From the human T2T-CHM13v2.0 reference genome, Homo sapiens: a stretch of DNA of 64,000 nucleotides. Position 1 is the stretch's first letter. Each line of letters begins with the position of its first letter. The translations under genes were made by a program, and so were the position numbers. Positions 28,278 through 43,059 of this stretch are shown piece after piece. The notes beneath the pieces are model-generated. The model made no database searches. It worked only from the letters and a program-made list of their open reading frames with translations, and had not been told where the DNA came from. Location of the stretch: the NCBI RefSeq assembly GCF_009914755.1, contig NC_060929.1; one strand, given 5' to 3'.

Positions 28278-29342
28278 AAGTCTTTTCTTGAGACCAGCAA
28301 AAACCCTAATACTGAAACCAGGAAAAGATATTATAAGGACAGAAAACTGTGCACCTATTTTTCACAGGAACAAAACACAAAAATCTTTAATAAAATATTT
28401 ACAAAAAAATTAATAATATGTTAAAAGGGTAATAGAGCACGATAAAATAGAGTGTAGCCCAGAAATGTCAACACACTTTAAAATTTAAAATCAGTTAATA
28501 CATTTCCGTGACTCATTAACTGAATAGAAAAGAAAAATAAATGATCTCATCACTAAGTTCAGAGAAAACGTGGCAAAATTCAACACTGATTCATGATCTA
28601 AAAAGAAACTCTGCAGCAATTATAAATAGGATGGAATTTTCTTCCTCCAGTAAAGAACATCTATAAAAACTTTGTAAATAATATCAGACTTAATATTTGG
28701 AAACTTATTTCCTTTCAGCACTAGAAATCAAGCTAGCATGCCTGCTATCACCGTTTCTACTTCTATTCAATATTGCATTAGAAATTAAAGCCAACGTGAT
28801 AAGTAAGTAAATAAGTAAAATCACAAAGATTAGAAAAGAAGATGTAAGACTGTCTTTTTTCATAAATGACATGATTTTGTGTGTATATATATATATGTAT
28901 ATATAACCTAATGAATCTACATACAAAAGTACTAGGATTAATAAAGGACGTTAGAAAGCTCACAGACTGTAAGGTCAGCAATTATACATCAGGAAAATAA
29001 ATTCTCATAAACTTTATAAAAACACTAAAAATTCAACATACTAAGGAAAAGTTTTAACAAATGGGCAAAACCTCTATACAAACATTTAGGAGATAAAAAA
29101 GACCCATATCAGTGAAGACATATGAAAAAGAAAATATTGTTAAGATGTCAAATTTCCCCAGATTGATCTATAAACTCAGTGCAAATAAGGTAAAACTCCC
29201 ATTAGGCATTTTGTAGAAACTGATAAGCTTTTTCTATCATTTACATGAGGCTGTGTAGGAACTAGCCTAACCAAAACAATTATGAAAAACAAGAATCAAG
29301 TTGAAGGGCTTACATTATCTGATTTCAAGTTTTACTCTAAAT

Positions 29343-29545
29343 AAATAGCAAATAATTTTCCACACATTGTTGTTTTTGTAAATTACATTTCAGTGGATCA
29401 TAGCCACAGCCATTCATTTATATATTATCTATGGCTATTGTCATGCTATAATGACAGACCTGAATAATTGTGAGAAAGACTTGATGACATGAAATTATAA
29501 AATAGTTATTATGTACCTCTTTTGGAAGAAGTTTACCAACCACTA
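29343..29545 (+). mobile_element. MER58A-like hAT-Charlie MITE inserted in the L1
   Basis: tgtttttgtaaat...agccacagccattcattta...tctatggcta...aagtttaccaaccacta; flanked by ctctaaat/ctctaaca as a TSD. Confidence 0.75.
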
Positions 29546-29929
29546 CTCTAACATGACAGTAATCAAGGTAGTGGTGCTGGAAAAAGAGACAAGTAGAGCA
29601 ATGGAGCCAACTAGAATCTGGAAATAGACCCATACTTAATATATTTTATATTTTTGAAAAAGACACCAAAGCAATACAATGAGAAAAGGTCAATCTTTGT
29701 AAACAAATAATGTTGGAAAATCAGTTATCCAAATAGAAAAAATGATTTTCTACCTCAAATCCCTACATAGAAATTAATTCAAACTTCTTGAAGGAGCCAC
29801 AGGAGAACGTCTCCAGAACCTTCAGATAGTGACAGATTTTTTGACTAGGACGTAGAAATTAGTCGGGTAAGAAAACATTGATGAATTGAACTTTGTAAGA
29901 ATTTTAAAGCTCTGTTCATCAAAATGCCC

Positions 29930-30330
29930 AAATTAAAGGACATTCTGAAAATACCTAAGTGGAACTCTGAAAAATTGTCATGAAAGACAAGGGAAACCTG
30001 AGAAACTGTCATACAATGGGAGGGAAATGGGAGTCATGACAAACAAATGTAATGTAGTATCCTGGATAGGGTACTGGATTGGATCCTGGAACAGAAAAAA
30101 AATGTTAATATAAAAATTGGAAAAGTATAAATAAAGCCTGTTATTTAATGGCAAATAATAAAGTAGGACAGTTAATAGTATTGTCCCAACGTTAATTTCT
30201 TAATCTTGATAAATATAACATGGTTATATAAGATGTTAACATCAGAGGAAGCTAAGTGAAGGTTATTTGGGAACTTTCTGTATCATCTTTGCAACTCTTC
30301 TGTAAGTCTAAAATTATTTTGAAATAAAAG
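29930..30330 (+). mobile_element. L1MC-type 3' UTR fragment nested in the older L1
   Basis: aatgtaatgtagtatcctggat...gatcctggaacagaaaaa...tttgcaactcttctgtaagtctaaaattattttgaaataaaag. Confidence 0.75.
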
Positions 30331-31069
30331 TACTGAAGGATAAAAGGCTGTTATGAAAGTGAGTAGGCATGTCAAAGGCAAGGAGAAAATTTATCTATAT
30401 GTAAAAATATATGTGTGTACACACACACATGCACACACATGCATATATGTCTTGTAACAGACTATACCCACAATGTATACACAACTGCTACAACTCAATA
30501 ACAACGTGACACACAACTCAATTAAAAGTGAGCAAAAGACTAAAACAGACCCTTCACAAAAGAAGATATGCAAAGTGGCCAATAGGCATATGAAAAATTG
30601 CTCAACAGCATTAGTCATCAGAGAAAATGCAAATTAAAACCACAATGAGATACCACTACACCCCCACTAGAATGGCTAAATTTATAAAGAACAACACCAA
30701 CTGTTGTCAAGGATGTAGAGCAACCCAAATTTCCATACATCGTTGGTGACAGTGAAAATGAAGGGACCATTTTGAAGAACAGTTTGGCAGAATCTTATAA
30801 AGTTAAACATACATCTACACCAAGACCCAGTAATCCCACTTGTAGGTACTTACCCAAGAGGAATGGAAACATATGTATGCAAAAAGACTTGAACAAAAAA
30901 TACTCAAGTACTGTTTAAATATAAATACTGTTTTAAGTACTATTTATTAAATAAAAATATTTTATATCACTGAATGCCTACTCTGCTATAGGTACTATAC
31001 TAAGAGATTTCTAGATATAAACCTATTTATGCCTCACTAAATCTCTACCTAGCTACATGTGCTGTGAAT

Positions 31070-31210
31070 TAATTCATCTATTCCACAGCAATTTATTAAG
31101 AGCTTATGGTGTGCCCAACAATGTTTTAGACAATAGAGACATAGCAAAGTAGATACCAGGTTCCCTGATCTCATAAACTGGCATGCTAGATGGAGAGGCA
31201 AGTGATAAGC
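31070..31210 (-). mobile_element. L2 3' end fragment
   Basis: ttcatctattcc...atttattaagagcttatggtgtgcc...ttccctgatctcataaac. Confidence 0.6.
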
Positions 31211-32249
31211 ATATTAAGACAACATTGACATGAATAGCAATGTTGTCCCAATTTTAGAGATGAGGCTTGAGAGGTGGATAATGGGATTTGCATGCAATTC
31301 CTTTGATCCAAGACCCAGAACCCATGACTACTACACTACACTCTCATGCCAAAACGAGTAACTTATTTCTTGTCTCCCACGATGATGTTCCTCCTCTCAA
31401 GTTGTTGCCACTTTAACAAGTAGATAGACATTAAAATACACTTGCATAAGTAATTGTAGTTACATTCATAATAAGGAAAATAAACTGTCCAGTTTTCTAA
31501 ACGGAAAAAAGACTGAGTCTGTGGTTTCCATGAGGAAGAGACAAGCACAGATCTGAAGGCTGCAGTTGTCTCGATAAGAGGATGAATGCATAGCATTTTG
31601 CCTGACACCAATTCAAAATAGTGTAGGCCAAATTATTTCTCCTCTGTATTCTTAATTGGTTGCATATGTCACATAGATACTATTCTTCGTTCCTATACTA
31701 TCCTAGGAATCATAAAGTGTTCTGCTAATATAAACACACAGCATGAAAATATATAATCCTCTATTGTATAAGTAAGGTAGAATAATTAATTTGCCAGAAC
31801 AACCCAATTTCCTCTAAGCTATTCTGTCTTTGGAGAGGCTTTGTGGCTCTTTTTTTAACTAGCAATATGAAATTTCATTATAGATAGCTATATAAAGAAA
31901 TGAGGCAACACTACATAAATGGAGTGCTAGATTTCTCTTATTTCATTCATTCTGAATTAGCCTCAAAATAAGAGACATAAAACACGGCATGGAAAATTCA
32001 CCCTTTGATTAAAGCATCCCAACAACCAGTACAGAATTATGTACTGATACAAAGCATATATTAAATATGATTAGCTGAGTAAACTCTAATGATTTCCATC
32101 TATGACAATATTTTGTAAGATAAAAAAGCTTTCCACTAATATTTCTACCATTTCTTCATATTTTGTAAATACAGTCCAGCAATATCAATTAATGTGTAGA
32201 TCCCTGGATGTCACATTCAATTTTAGCACTTCCCACATTGGGAGCATGC

Positions 32250-32760
32250 AGTTTCCTTTGCCTGAAAAGCACTTATCCCATTTTCTGCATGAGGAAAATC
32301 AGTTAAGGCATCACTTTCTCTGAAAAGTCTTTTCTGACATCCTCAGAGAAAGAGTTATTCACATTCCTCTTGGAATCAGCTCCACACCTTACACATATTC
32401 ATGTCGATTTCTGTACTCATGGCACTCTATCGTATCATTTATTTACACATCTCTGCTTTTGACTCTGTCTCCTAAATATTTCCCAATCATCTCTTCACAT
32501 CACCACCTTCAAGGAGTAATACTCGAGATATTTTACACTTAGAATGAGATGCAAACTAATCAATCAGAACAAACAGTGGCTCCATACAACCAGCACAGCT
32601 TTATTGCGTGAATAGGAATCCTTCTTCCACACTCTATTGCTACTATCTTAGGAAAGGCCACTATCATCTCTGCTTTGCCTCTTGAAATAGTTCCTTAAGG
32701 CCTCCCTACCTCATGACCTGCATGATCTTTCTATAACATTAATCTATAACTACTCTAAGA
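32250..32760 (+). mobile_element. L2 fragments
   Basis: catcactttctctgaaaagtcttttctgac and gccactatcatctctgc; degraded and discontinuous. Confidence 0.45.
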
Positions 32761-32811
32761 TTAGGATGGAGTTTCACCTTCCCAGAAAATTATTTCTGTT
32801 TTGTTTTGCTT

Positions 32812-33335
32812 TTATTTTTAATTATTTTTAGTTTTAATTTTTGTGGTATACATAGTAGGTGTGTACATTTACGGGGTACATGAGATGTTTTGATACAGGC
32901 ATGCAATGTAAAATAATCAAATCATGGAGACTGGGGTATGTATCCCCTCGAGCATTTATCCTTTGTGTTACAAACAATCTAATTATACTCTTTTAGTCAT
33001 TTAAAAATGTACAATTTATTATGACTATAGTTACTCATTGTGCTATCAAATAGTATGTCTTATTCATTCTTCTAATTATTTTCCTCCCCCAGCTCCCCCC
33101 CAACCTCCCCAGCCTCTAGTAATCATCCTTCTACTCTCTATGTCCATGAGTTCAATTGCTTTGATTTTTTAGACCGCACTAATAAGTGAGAACATGCGAC
33201 ATTTGTCTTTCTACGCCTGGCTTATTTTACTTAACATAATAATCTCCACTTCCATCCATGTTGTTGCAAATGACAGCATCTCATTCTTTTTTTATGGCCA
33301 AATAGTACTACATTGTGTACATGTACCATATTTTC
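32812..33335 (-). mobile_element. L1MA (MA1-3-like) 3' end
   Basis: catagtaggtgtgtacatttacggggtacatgagatgttttgatacaggcatgcaatg...taagtgagaacatgcga...ttccatccatgttgttgcaaatgacag. Confidence 0.9.
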
Positions 33336-33472
33336 AAAAAATTCTTTTTGAACATAAATCAAAAGCACAAAGTTCTCTCAGTAACCATATTTAAAAACAT
33401 CTTTTATTACATAGCATTTGTGAATTTTAATTATTGAAGCCTAGGTTTTCACTATGGCCTTGAGGATAATAA

Positions 33473-33568
33473 ATGTTTTGTTTTGTTTTGTTTTGTCTGA
33501 GATGGAGTCTCATTTCTTGTCACCCAGGCTGTAGTGCAATGGCATGATCTTGGCTCACTACAACCTCC
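33473..33568 (-). mobile_element. Alu right-arm 3' fragment with (TTTTG)n tail
   Basis: gagatggagtctc...cccaggctgtagtgcaatggcatgatcttggctcactacaacctcc. Confidence 0.9.
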
Positions 33569-34414
33569 AACTCATAAACAGATATTTTTATTTTCATATC
33601 TATGAGTGTAAATGCCTACCCTTATGTCCAGCATTTAGGGTTCACTTAAAAAATCATTATGGGAAGAAGACAAAGGGGAAGAAAAAATTCATTTCCCATG
33701 AGGATTTGTATATCTCCAAGGTTTTACACCTTCTGCTTTCATCCCTTGAAGTAATATCCATAGTTGCTTAGAGGCTCATAATCACATTCTTTCTATATGG
33801 TAACCAAACTAATGATGATCACATTGTAGTAACAATCATAACACCAACAGTATTTTGATTATTTGTACCCATACTAATAATTGATCACAGTATAGTTTTA
33901 AAGAAAAATAAAAATATTTGCCTATAATAATTGAGAAAGTGGCAACATCACAAATGTACTAAATGCCTCATTATAGGGGTACTTTCTCAAAAACAGATTT
34001 AATTTCATAGCAAAAGTGATGGTTCTGTCCTACATCAAAAGAGAGAAGGAGCGGTTAAAAAGACAGATCAAAGTTCCTAAATAATCTTGCTCTTTTCTTT
34101 TCTAAACTGCATAAAACTCTGTTATGTTTATATCTAAAAGTTGACCTTTAAATTGTTCTTTTCAGTTTGTAAAATATACAATCTTTGGGAAAAATTGATA
34201 AAAATCAAGAATTACACACAAACTTGGGTAATCACTGTTCCCCAGTTCTATTTCACATAAACTGTTCTTATTAAGCTACTAGTTAAGACAAAACCAAACA
34301 AGGCTTGTTCATCACTCAAACTGAAAATGTGGGATAATATTCTGGAATAAAAAATATATCCAAGTACTATTTTTACCATAGGTATATTATGTATGTCTTG
34401 TTTTCATAATTAAT

Positions 34415-34825
34415 GGTTATCTTTGTTTGCTACAGCTGACACAACAAAGTACTACAAACTAGGTGACTTAGGCAAAATAGATTTATTGTCTCACAGTTCT
34501 GGAGGCAAGAAGCTCAAAATTAAGGTGTCTGCAAGACTGGTTCCTTCTGAGGGCTGTGAGGGAAGAATCTGTTCCAGACCTCTCTCCTAGGCTCATGGAT
34601 GATCATCTTCTCCCTACGTCTCTTCATATTGTCTTCCCATTATGAATGTCTCTGTGCCATTCCCTTTTTATGAGAACACTGGTCATACTGAATTAGGAGC
34701 TACCTTCCTAACCTCACTTTAACTTGATTTCCTCTGAAAGACCCTATTTCTAAATAACGTCTCATTCAGAGGAACTGGAAGTTAGTACTTTAAAATATGA
34801 ATTTGAGTCACACAATTCAATCCAT
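34415..34825 (-). mobile_element. MLT1B/C-like MaLR LTR
   Basis: tttattgtctcacagttctggagg...ggttccttctgagggctgtgagggaagaatctgttcca...cacaattcaatcca. Confidence 0.85.
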
Positions 34826-34949
34826 GGTTAATATTAACAAGACAGACTAATTCATTTTCAAACAGCATATTATAACAACATACTTGGGTTTTGGTAAAGC
34901 TCTACCCCTCGAATCTCCTGTAAGAAAGTATCTATAAAAGTCAATTAAA

Positions 34950-36665
34950 AGTGACTATTCCATGCTCAAGAGTTGGAAAAATCAATCTACTTAAAATGGC
35001 CATACTGCCCAAAGCAATCTTCAGATTCAACTCTATTCCTATCAAACTACAAAAGTCATTTGTTCACAAAATTATTTTTTTTAATCTAAAATTCATATGG
35101 AATGAAAAAAAGAGCCTGAATAGCCCAGGCAATACTAAGCAAAAAGAACAAAGCTGGAGGCATCACCTTACTCAACTTCAAACAATACCATAAGGCTACA
35201 ATAACCAAAACAGCATGGTACTGACACAAAAATAGACATGTAGATCCTGAAATAAAGTTACACGCATACAGCCATCTGATTTTGACAAAGTCAATGAAAA
35301 TAAGCAATGGGGAAGGGACTCTCTACTCAATAAATGGTGCTGGGATAGCTGGCTAGCCATATGCAGAAGAATGAAATGGGTCACCTACCTTTCCCATACA
35401 AAAAAACTAATTCAGGGTGGATTAAATATTTAAATATAAGACCTCAAACTATAAGAATCTTAGAAGAATACCTAGGAAATATCATTCTGGACATTAGCTT
35501 TGGGAAAGAATTTATGACTAAGTCCCCAAAAGTAATTGCAACAAAAATAAAAATTGACAAGTGGGACCTAATTGAACTAAAGAGCGTCTGCACAGCAAAA
35601 GGATTGACAGAGTAAACACATGACCTACAGACTGGGAGAAAATATTAGCAGAGAATGCATCCAACAAAGGTCTAGTACTCAGAATCTACAAGGAATTCAT
35701 ATGATTAAACAAGCAAAAAAAATTAAAAACTGGGCAAAAAATATGTTCAGACACTTCTCAAAAGAAGACATACAAGAGCAAACAAACACATGAAAAAATG
35801 TTCAACATCCCTAATCATCAAAGGAATACAAATCAAAACCACAGTGAGATACCATCACACACCAGTCAGAACGGCAATTATTGCAAAGATAAAAAGAAAA
35901 AAGAAAAAAAAAAACAAAAAAACAAGAGATGCTGGTGGGGCTGTGGATAAAAGGGAACGCTTACACACTGTTGGTGGGAATGTAAATTAGAACAACCACT
36001 GTGGAAAGCAGTTTGGAGAGAGGACTTAAAATATTAAGAACTACTTAAGCTACTTAACTACCTGAACTACCAAATTGTTAAAATAATAACAGAACTACCA
36101 TTCGACCCAGCAATCCCATTACTGGATATATATTCAATGGAAAATAAATCATTCTACCATGAAAACACATGCACTAGTATGTTCATTGCAGCACTGTTCG
36201 CAATAGCAAAAGACATGGAACCAACCTAAGTGCCCATCAACAGCGGATTCATAAAGAAAATGTGGTATATATATACAATGGAATACTATGCAGCCATTAA
36301 AAAGAACAAAATCATGTCAGTTGCTGCAACATGGATGCAGCTGGAGACCATTATCCTAAGTGAATTAATGCAGGAATGGAAAACCAAATACTGTATATTA
36401 TCATTTATAACTGGGAGCTAAACACTGGATACTCATGGACATACAGATGGCAGCAATAGACTCTGGGGCTAATAGTAGGGGAGGGAGGACAATGGCTGGC
36501 AAGGGTTGAAAAACTAACTGTTGCATACTGTGCTCACTATCTGGGTGATGGGCTCATTTATATCTGAGGCCTCAGCATTCATACAGTATATCTGTAATAA
36601 ACCTGCACGTGCACCTCCTGAATCTCAAATAAAAGTTGAAATTATTTTAAAAATTAAAAATAAAA
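34950..36665 (+). mobile_element. L1PB/old L1PA, ORF2 3' part and 3' UTR (inactive)
   Basis: ORF2-like peptides in the ORF track ([28 protein letters not shown]; KKMWYIYTMEYYAAIKKN) split by frameshifts; ends aataaaagttgaa then A-rich. Confidence 0.95.
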
Positions 36666-37029
36666 TACAGATAAATTTCCTTCCCAAAAAACTCCACAAC
36701 TGACAGTTAATAGAAATTGCAACAAAAATCACACACACTGGAAATGTTAACTACAATGAAGCTGGAGATGAGCTATAATATTACTAAAATTTAGCTTCCT
36801 CATCATTCTGTTGCTTTTTCAAAAACAAATTCATTTCAGTCAGTCATTTTTGGCCACATTTCATTTGAAGCAAGAAAGCAGATGTTTTTCATATAGTTGT
36901 ACTCTTCCCATGCCAAAAATATCAGCTAAGTGTGATTTCATTCCAGAACTTCATGATCGCAGCTCCAGGGAGCACAGTGATGTGCTCATCACCTGACACT
37001 TTTGCTTAAATGGTTACAAATGTGTTTGC

Positions 37030-37382
37030 TGATTATATGACCAGAGTGCAGACACTCTTCTCCCACCTCTTCCCAAGGCTTGCCCTCCCATTCTTCACAG
37101 CCCAGCTTAAATAAAACCTCCTTGAAACGCCAACCTCTTGTTCTAAAACAGTTCCTCCATCCATAAGCTACTCTCTCATACATCCACCTGCTTAGTTCCT
37201 GCACAGAATACTGTGTAATTTTCTTAATTGCATGTTGACTTGATTATTGTTTGTCTCCTGCACTAGAATAAGCATCATAAGAGAAAACATCTGGTCTGTC
37301 TTGTTCATCTTTTTATCTCCCAGATATAGTGTCTGACCTAGAGCAAATGCTTAATGAGTATTTGTTGAATAAATAAAATGAA
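37030..37382 (+). mobile_element. L2 3' end
   Basis: tttgtctcctgcactagaataagc...tgtcttgttcatc...tatttgttgaataaataaaatgaa. Confidence 0.8.
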
Positions 37383-37416
37383 AACAAGAGATTTGCCTTT
37401 TCTCTATCCCTAAAAG

Positions 37417-37451
37417 TATATATACGTGTGTGTGTGTGTGTATGTGTGTGT
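37417..37451. repeat. (TA)n(TG)n microsatellite
   Basis: Read directly. Confidence 0.9.
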
Positions 37452-38849
37452 AAATTGGGTCATCCATATAAGGTGTACTGCCTCCAAATGGTCCTTAATG
37501 TGCATGTAAAATTATGTGCTCTAAATTATGAAACACGTACAGTGGCTCCATAATCACTTAGATTCATGGCTATGAGGTCTCCCAGATGTCTCAGCCAAGA
37601 TTAATGTCTACATACCACTCGAAATTCTAGTCATCTCAAGCCTTCGCTTGAATTTTGAATCAAACCAATCTCTTTCATTTATCTGTGAGAGTTTAGGAAA
37701 TTGATTAATCTTTCTAATCTCTACTTTCGTCACATTAAATATACTTTACTCTCATAATTGTTAATGACTTTAAGATGAGAAAATGTATGTGAACCCAAGC
37801 CTTACCAGAGAACATGCTCATTAGGGAGTAGCCATAATAGCATTCATCCGTATTTGTCAATGCTGCCATGCATAATAATGTATGATAAATTTAGGTCAGT
37901 TAATGTCAACTGCTACTGAGTTCACTTGAATATGGCTTAGATAGGTAGAAAAAAGGACCATGTTAAGCAAAATAAACCCTGTTTCTAAAGTTAATCTCTT
38001 CTTCGGGTGACATTATTTTTCATTAAAATATCCCTTCTTATCATTCCCACATTAAAATCTTCAAGTTTTTCTGAAGCTGTATTTAACATTTTGGGTAAAT
38101 AAAAGTAAAAAGGGAATTAGAATTTTTTAAAAAAAATTCAAAAGTAAAAGGAACTGTTTTGTTTTCAGCAATATTTGGTCTATTATTAGAAAATATGTTC
38201 TTTTCTATTCGGGGGATAGTTTGCAAAACAGATCTTTTTATTTTGGAAAATGAATGAGTATATTATTGCCTACAACTGTAGCTATGAGAAACTCAATTTT
38301 ACTAGAGATTTTTCTGTTTTTATTTTTCCTAAGCACTTTAATTAGCTAAAAAGAAAAAAAAAGGATGTTTAAGGTCTGGTATGCTTCACATATCCTATTA
38401 ATTCCACAGTGGATTTAATTTCCTTTAAACGTCACTGAATTTTAATTACCATGCAAACGTATTATCTAAGCTTGTTAGAGTTAAAGGTTAGAAGAACATG
38501 TAGAAGAACTCATAAAGGAATTTATCTCTTTCATGTTAGTAACAAAAATAATTTGTAAATTGCTACTCCATGGCTGGAAATTTTTAAGATTATTTCCAAT
38601 ATACAAAGAATGTAATTCTGAAATAGCTTCATTTGATAAGTAAGAAAACATGCTCAATTTCAGTCTACGGACTAATCAACAGGTATCAAAAACAGACATA
38701 GTAACATAGGTAGAACAAAAAAACAAGCAGCATGCAGTATTAGAAACGTATGTGAAGAAGTCAGAGGCACTATTAACCTGACATGCAAAAGTCAGCCAGA
38801 TTCCATGGCAGCTTTTCTGCCTGCTGCTTCATGGAGGTTTGTCAAGAGG

Positions 38850-39430
38850 CAGTTGCTATAGAAAATAAGCCTGGACTTTGTAGTGTCACTCCTAAGCCTT
38901 GGAGTCTTCACTCTGACATTTACTACATAAGTATTTTACTTTATCTCTCACCTTTATTTTCCTCAAATGCAAAATAGTACCTACTAGCAAGTCTGCATAT
39001 AGTAGAACCTAAATAAATTAAAGACTTTTTTTACTGTTGTTGATAAAACTTAACTTCTTTGGATACATATATTGACCATCAATATTTTAGCTAATATCAA
39101 TTGGTTGTGTAGTACATACCTGAAAGAAACTATGCTAAGGGCTTTATATGGATTCTTTCATTTAATGCTCATAACAACCCCAAGAGGTAGGTATTATTGC
39201 CACCCCTGCTTTGCAGATGAGGAAATTATGTGAGTTCGCCTTGCCTTCACTCAGGATGGGTGAGTGAGTGCCTACCAACAATGTAATTTGCATGTAAGCA
39301 GGTTACTCCTTCTATGCCCGTATTACAGAAGATGGAAGTGAAGTTAAGAAAGGCAATGAAACTTCTCCAAAGATAAATAATAAGGGAGCAAACAAATTTG
39401 AACTTGGCATTTCATAACTTCAAGGGCAAC
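38850..39430. mobile_element. Cluster of MIR fragments in both orientations
   Basis: tcatttaatgctcataacaaccccaagaggtaggtattatt...cagatgaggaaa on the - strand, with weaker flanking pieces. Confidence 0.65.
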
Positions 39431-40617
39431 GTTGTTTTTGATATGCCACACATTCCCTATATATTTGCTGTAGGGTTTGCAAATAAAGTAAAGATTTTTT
39501 TTTATTGAAAAAGTTTATAAATCAATGGATTTTATTATTGTAAGTTTCACTGTCTGGCACATTTCACCAAATGCTCATACTGAGAAGATGAATTTATTTT
39601 GTCCAGAAATTGTTTTGCTCAATCCATGTTCAAACAATCCAACAACAAGGTAGTGTGGACTGCTATCAGTATCCCAGGTGACAAAGATAAAGATGGAAAT
39701 AAAGCTCTGACCCAAGAACTGAAAAACATTGGTACCCATGTCTATTAGTTCCCAACCCTTCAGATGTCTCCCCTTTTGTATCTAGTAACAACTTATACTT
39801 TACTTCAGAGAGTTAGCAAACATCTCACTTCTTTCATGTCTTTTGTCATGAGCCAATTTGTCAGAGAGGCTCCTATGCCCTGTTCTGCTCTGTGACTAAG
39901 TTTTGATGGCTCAGGGATTTCCTATGGTTTGAATATAAGAATTACCAAGACAGCAAGTGACACAATGAAGGTTATTATATAGAATATTCATTAGGTGTTT
40001 GGGACCCAGCCTTTCATAAAGATAGCTGTGATGAAGGGGTTATATTAGTGACCCTGAGAAAATATCTTACATCATTCTGGGAGAAGTAAAATGGTCCTAC
40101 CTGCCAAAGTCAACATGGAAAACTATTGATCTAATAGGATATACAGGCTTCTCAGGGCTAGGGTTAACTCAGATTTGAGTTTTTCTCCAAAAATATATTT
40201 GTGTAGCAAAGGATGATATCCTTATTTTTAAAATGTGAGCTAGATTATAAGGGTTAGCTTTCATCTCAGTTTATAAGTAATGATAAATAACTACTGTTTT
40301 GTTTCTTTTTCCCCAGTGACATAGGTTGAAGTCAATTGAGGAAATATATAGATCATATACTTTTCTTTTTTAATGTATGTGCATCCTCATTGTTGCCTGG
40401 AAAAACACTTGAGGGGGGACTGGTGTAAACACTCTCTACAGATACCCAGGGTAAATTAGCTGGGCACTGCCGCTATTGCAGTGGTCCACCGCCTGCATTA
40501 CTGCATCATGTGCCCAAAAGGTGTCATAGTAATTCCCAGAACTGTGACTACAGTGGCATAAAAGTCAATTTAAAGGGCCAAATCTAATCAACACATCTTA
40601 TCTAAATTCTGGCATGA

Positions 40618-40954
<337 letters not shown>

Positions 40955-43059
40955 AATTTCTGATTTTTTCATGAGAGAATGCTGAGGTACATTTGAAGAA
41001 AAGAATTTTAGCCAATCATTCTCCATTGAATGGGGGAAGATTCTATTCTTAACATTTTATACAAAATAAAAAGTATGAACAGTAAGAATTCCTTTGAGAA
41101 TAGGGAAAAGCAGTCATTTTTCAGAAACCCTGAGCTAGAAAAATTCCAATGGCTTAAAAAATGAATTATTTACAGTTTCAATCCATCTCCCAAGTGGAGG
41201 CCTCATACAGACCTCAGTAGTTGTGGACATTACTTACCCCTGTTGACATAACTTAACTGAGAAACAGGTAGTCAGGATTGCCTTGTAATGTTTCTAATAG
41301 TAAATTAAAATCTTCTGAATGTCCTTGACTTTTGTGATGGTTCATAGTAAAAAATCGCATTTGACTGTGAGAACTGAAATTATATCTGTTACTATCTATG
41401 ACCCCAACATAAAACAAGTTTTTTATAGGTGATGCTACTAGACTATAAAATTATTCTTGATTATTGAGAGCACAACATTCATAAACACTGCATCCTGCAT
41501 AAGTCAAAGACTTCTAGGAGTTACTCTAAAAATACTCACATCATGGAGATATTTTGATTCATGCACAGTAACAGAAAAGAGATGCTGATAAAGTCACTGG
41601 GTACATTGAGAGGTCACCTTAAAGCATGCTCATTATTTTCAAATGTAGAAAAAGACATATGACAAACTGCAATTTATAAATTAATATCAGAACTCTTTGT
41701 ATCATACCTACAAATTATTGAGTTATGCTTAGATATTAAATTTTAGTTAAAAGTGGAATTTATTAGCTTTTAAAACAAATCACTGTAGACAGCAGTAGTG
41801 ATGGTTTCTTAGGCACCAACCTCACAACGACCACCTTTTGAGTTCTATAAGGTTAACAAAGAACAGTAAGTAGCTTCAGGGCAGAGTTTATGAAGTGGTA
41901 ATGAACATGTTGAGATGGCCATTTCAGAGGCTGTAAAGAAAGGTTAAGTTTCATGTCACTATTTTGAAAACCACTATGCCCTTTAGCGCAAACTAGAAAA
42001 GAGATGAATAGGCAGGTCACAGGGTCTCTTTTGGAGACTGTAAGCCACAACTGAACTGATAATATTTTGGCAAGTGAATAGAAATTGATCCATGCACACA
42101 TATAGACTCACAGCTTTTCATTATGTTCATCTCAATTATCTTGCAATTGAAAACTACTTTGCTTGGCATTACAGTAATTATGTTGGGCCTACATTAAGGC
42201 ATTACCCCTTGTTTAAAGAAGAATATATTTCCCAGATACACACCCATGACTTTACGAAGAAGGCTTTATGAAGCTCTCCTCTAGGTGCCTGCTCTTCTGA
42301 CAATCATTCTACCACTAAAGGTGGCCACATGATCTTCCAATGAAGGCAAAAATCAATGAAGCCTCACATTGAACCCTCTAGGATGTAACAGTTATTTAAT
42401 ATTTTCATATTAGAGAAATTCATTAAAGAACCTTGTTACTTGTAAATCTCATCAAAAATTGAGGATTAATTAAAGCATAAAAACTATCAATAAATGGTTT
42501 ATAATTACTAAAAAATGAAAATTAAAGGAATGGGACTAAATTCAGAAAAATCTTTCACATTTTTGTAGGAAACTAAAAAGAATCGATACCATCCCAATTT
42601 AAGAAGACAACAAATTTGATTTTAAATGATCAAGGTGAGGAAAGATGAAATTTTACAAGTCATTCTGCAGTTTGTTTTTTAATCTATGAAACTTGTGATG
42701 TAAAATGTAAGTCTAAGAAATCATTTCAACAAGCCAAGCAAGGTCAAAGAGGAATAAACTATATTTGATATTTTAAATTACATATCTAACATCATGATCA
42801 TATTTTCTTTTTATAGTTCTTTTTTCCAATGTTGGTTTTTCCTCCTTATCCAATGTTGATACTATATTAGATTTTGCATGAAAATGGAGCATAAAATGGG
42901 CCATAGCTACTTGCTTTTAGGATAATTTAATACCAAGTGAAATATAAGGACATTAAAGATAGGAGAAAAAGTTCAGAGCAACCTTAAAAAATATAACCAC
43001 ACCTTCCAGCTGGCCATGAGATTATGTGAGTTGTATAATTAGGAAGTATGTCTGCACCT

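Noticed and set aside
34951-36421. Several ORFs resembling L1 ORF2p
   Set aside because: Frameshifted pieces of a truncated, inactive L1.
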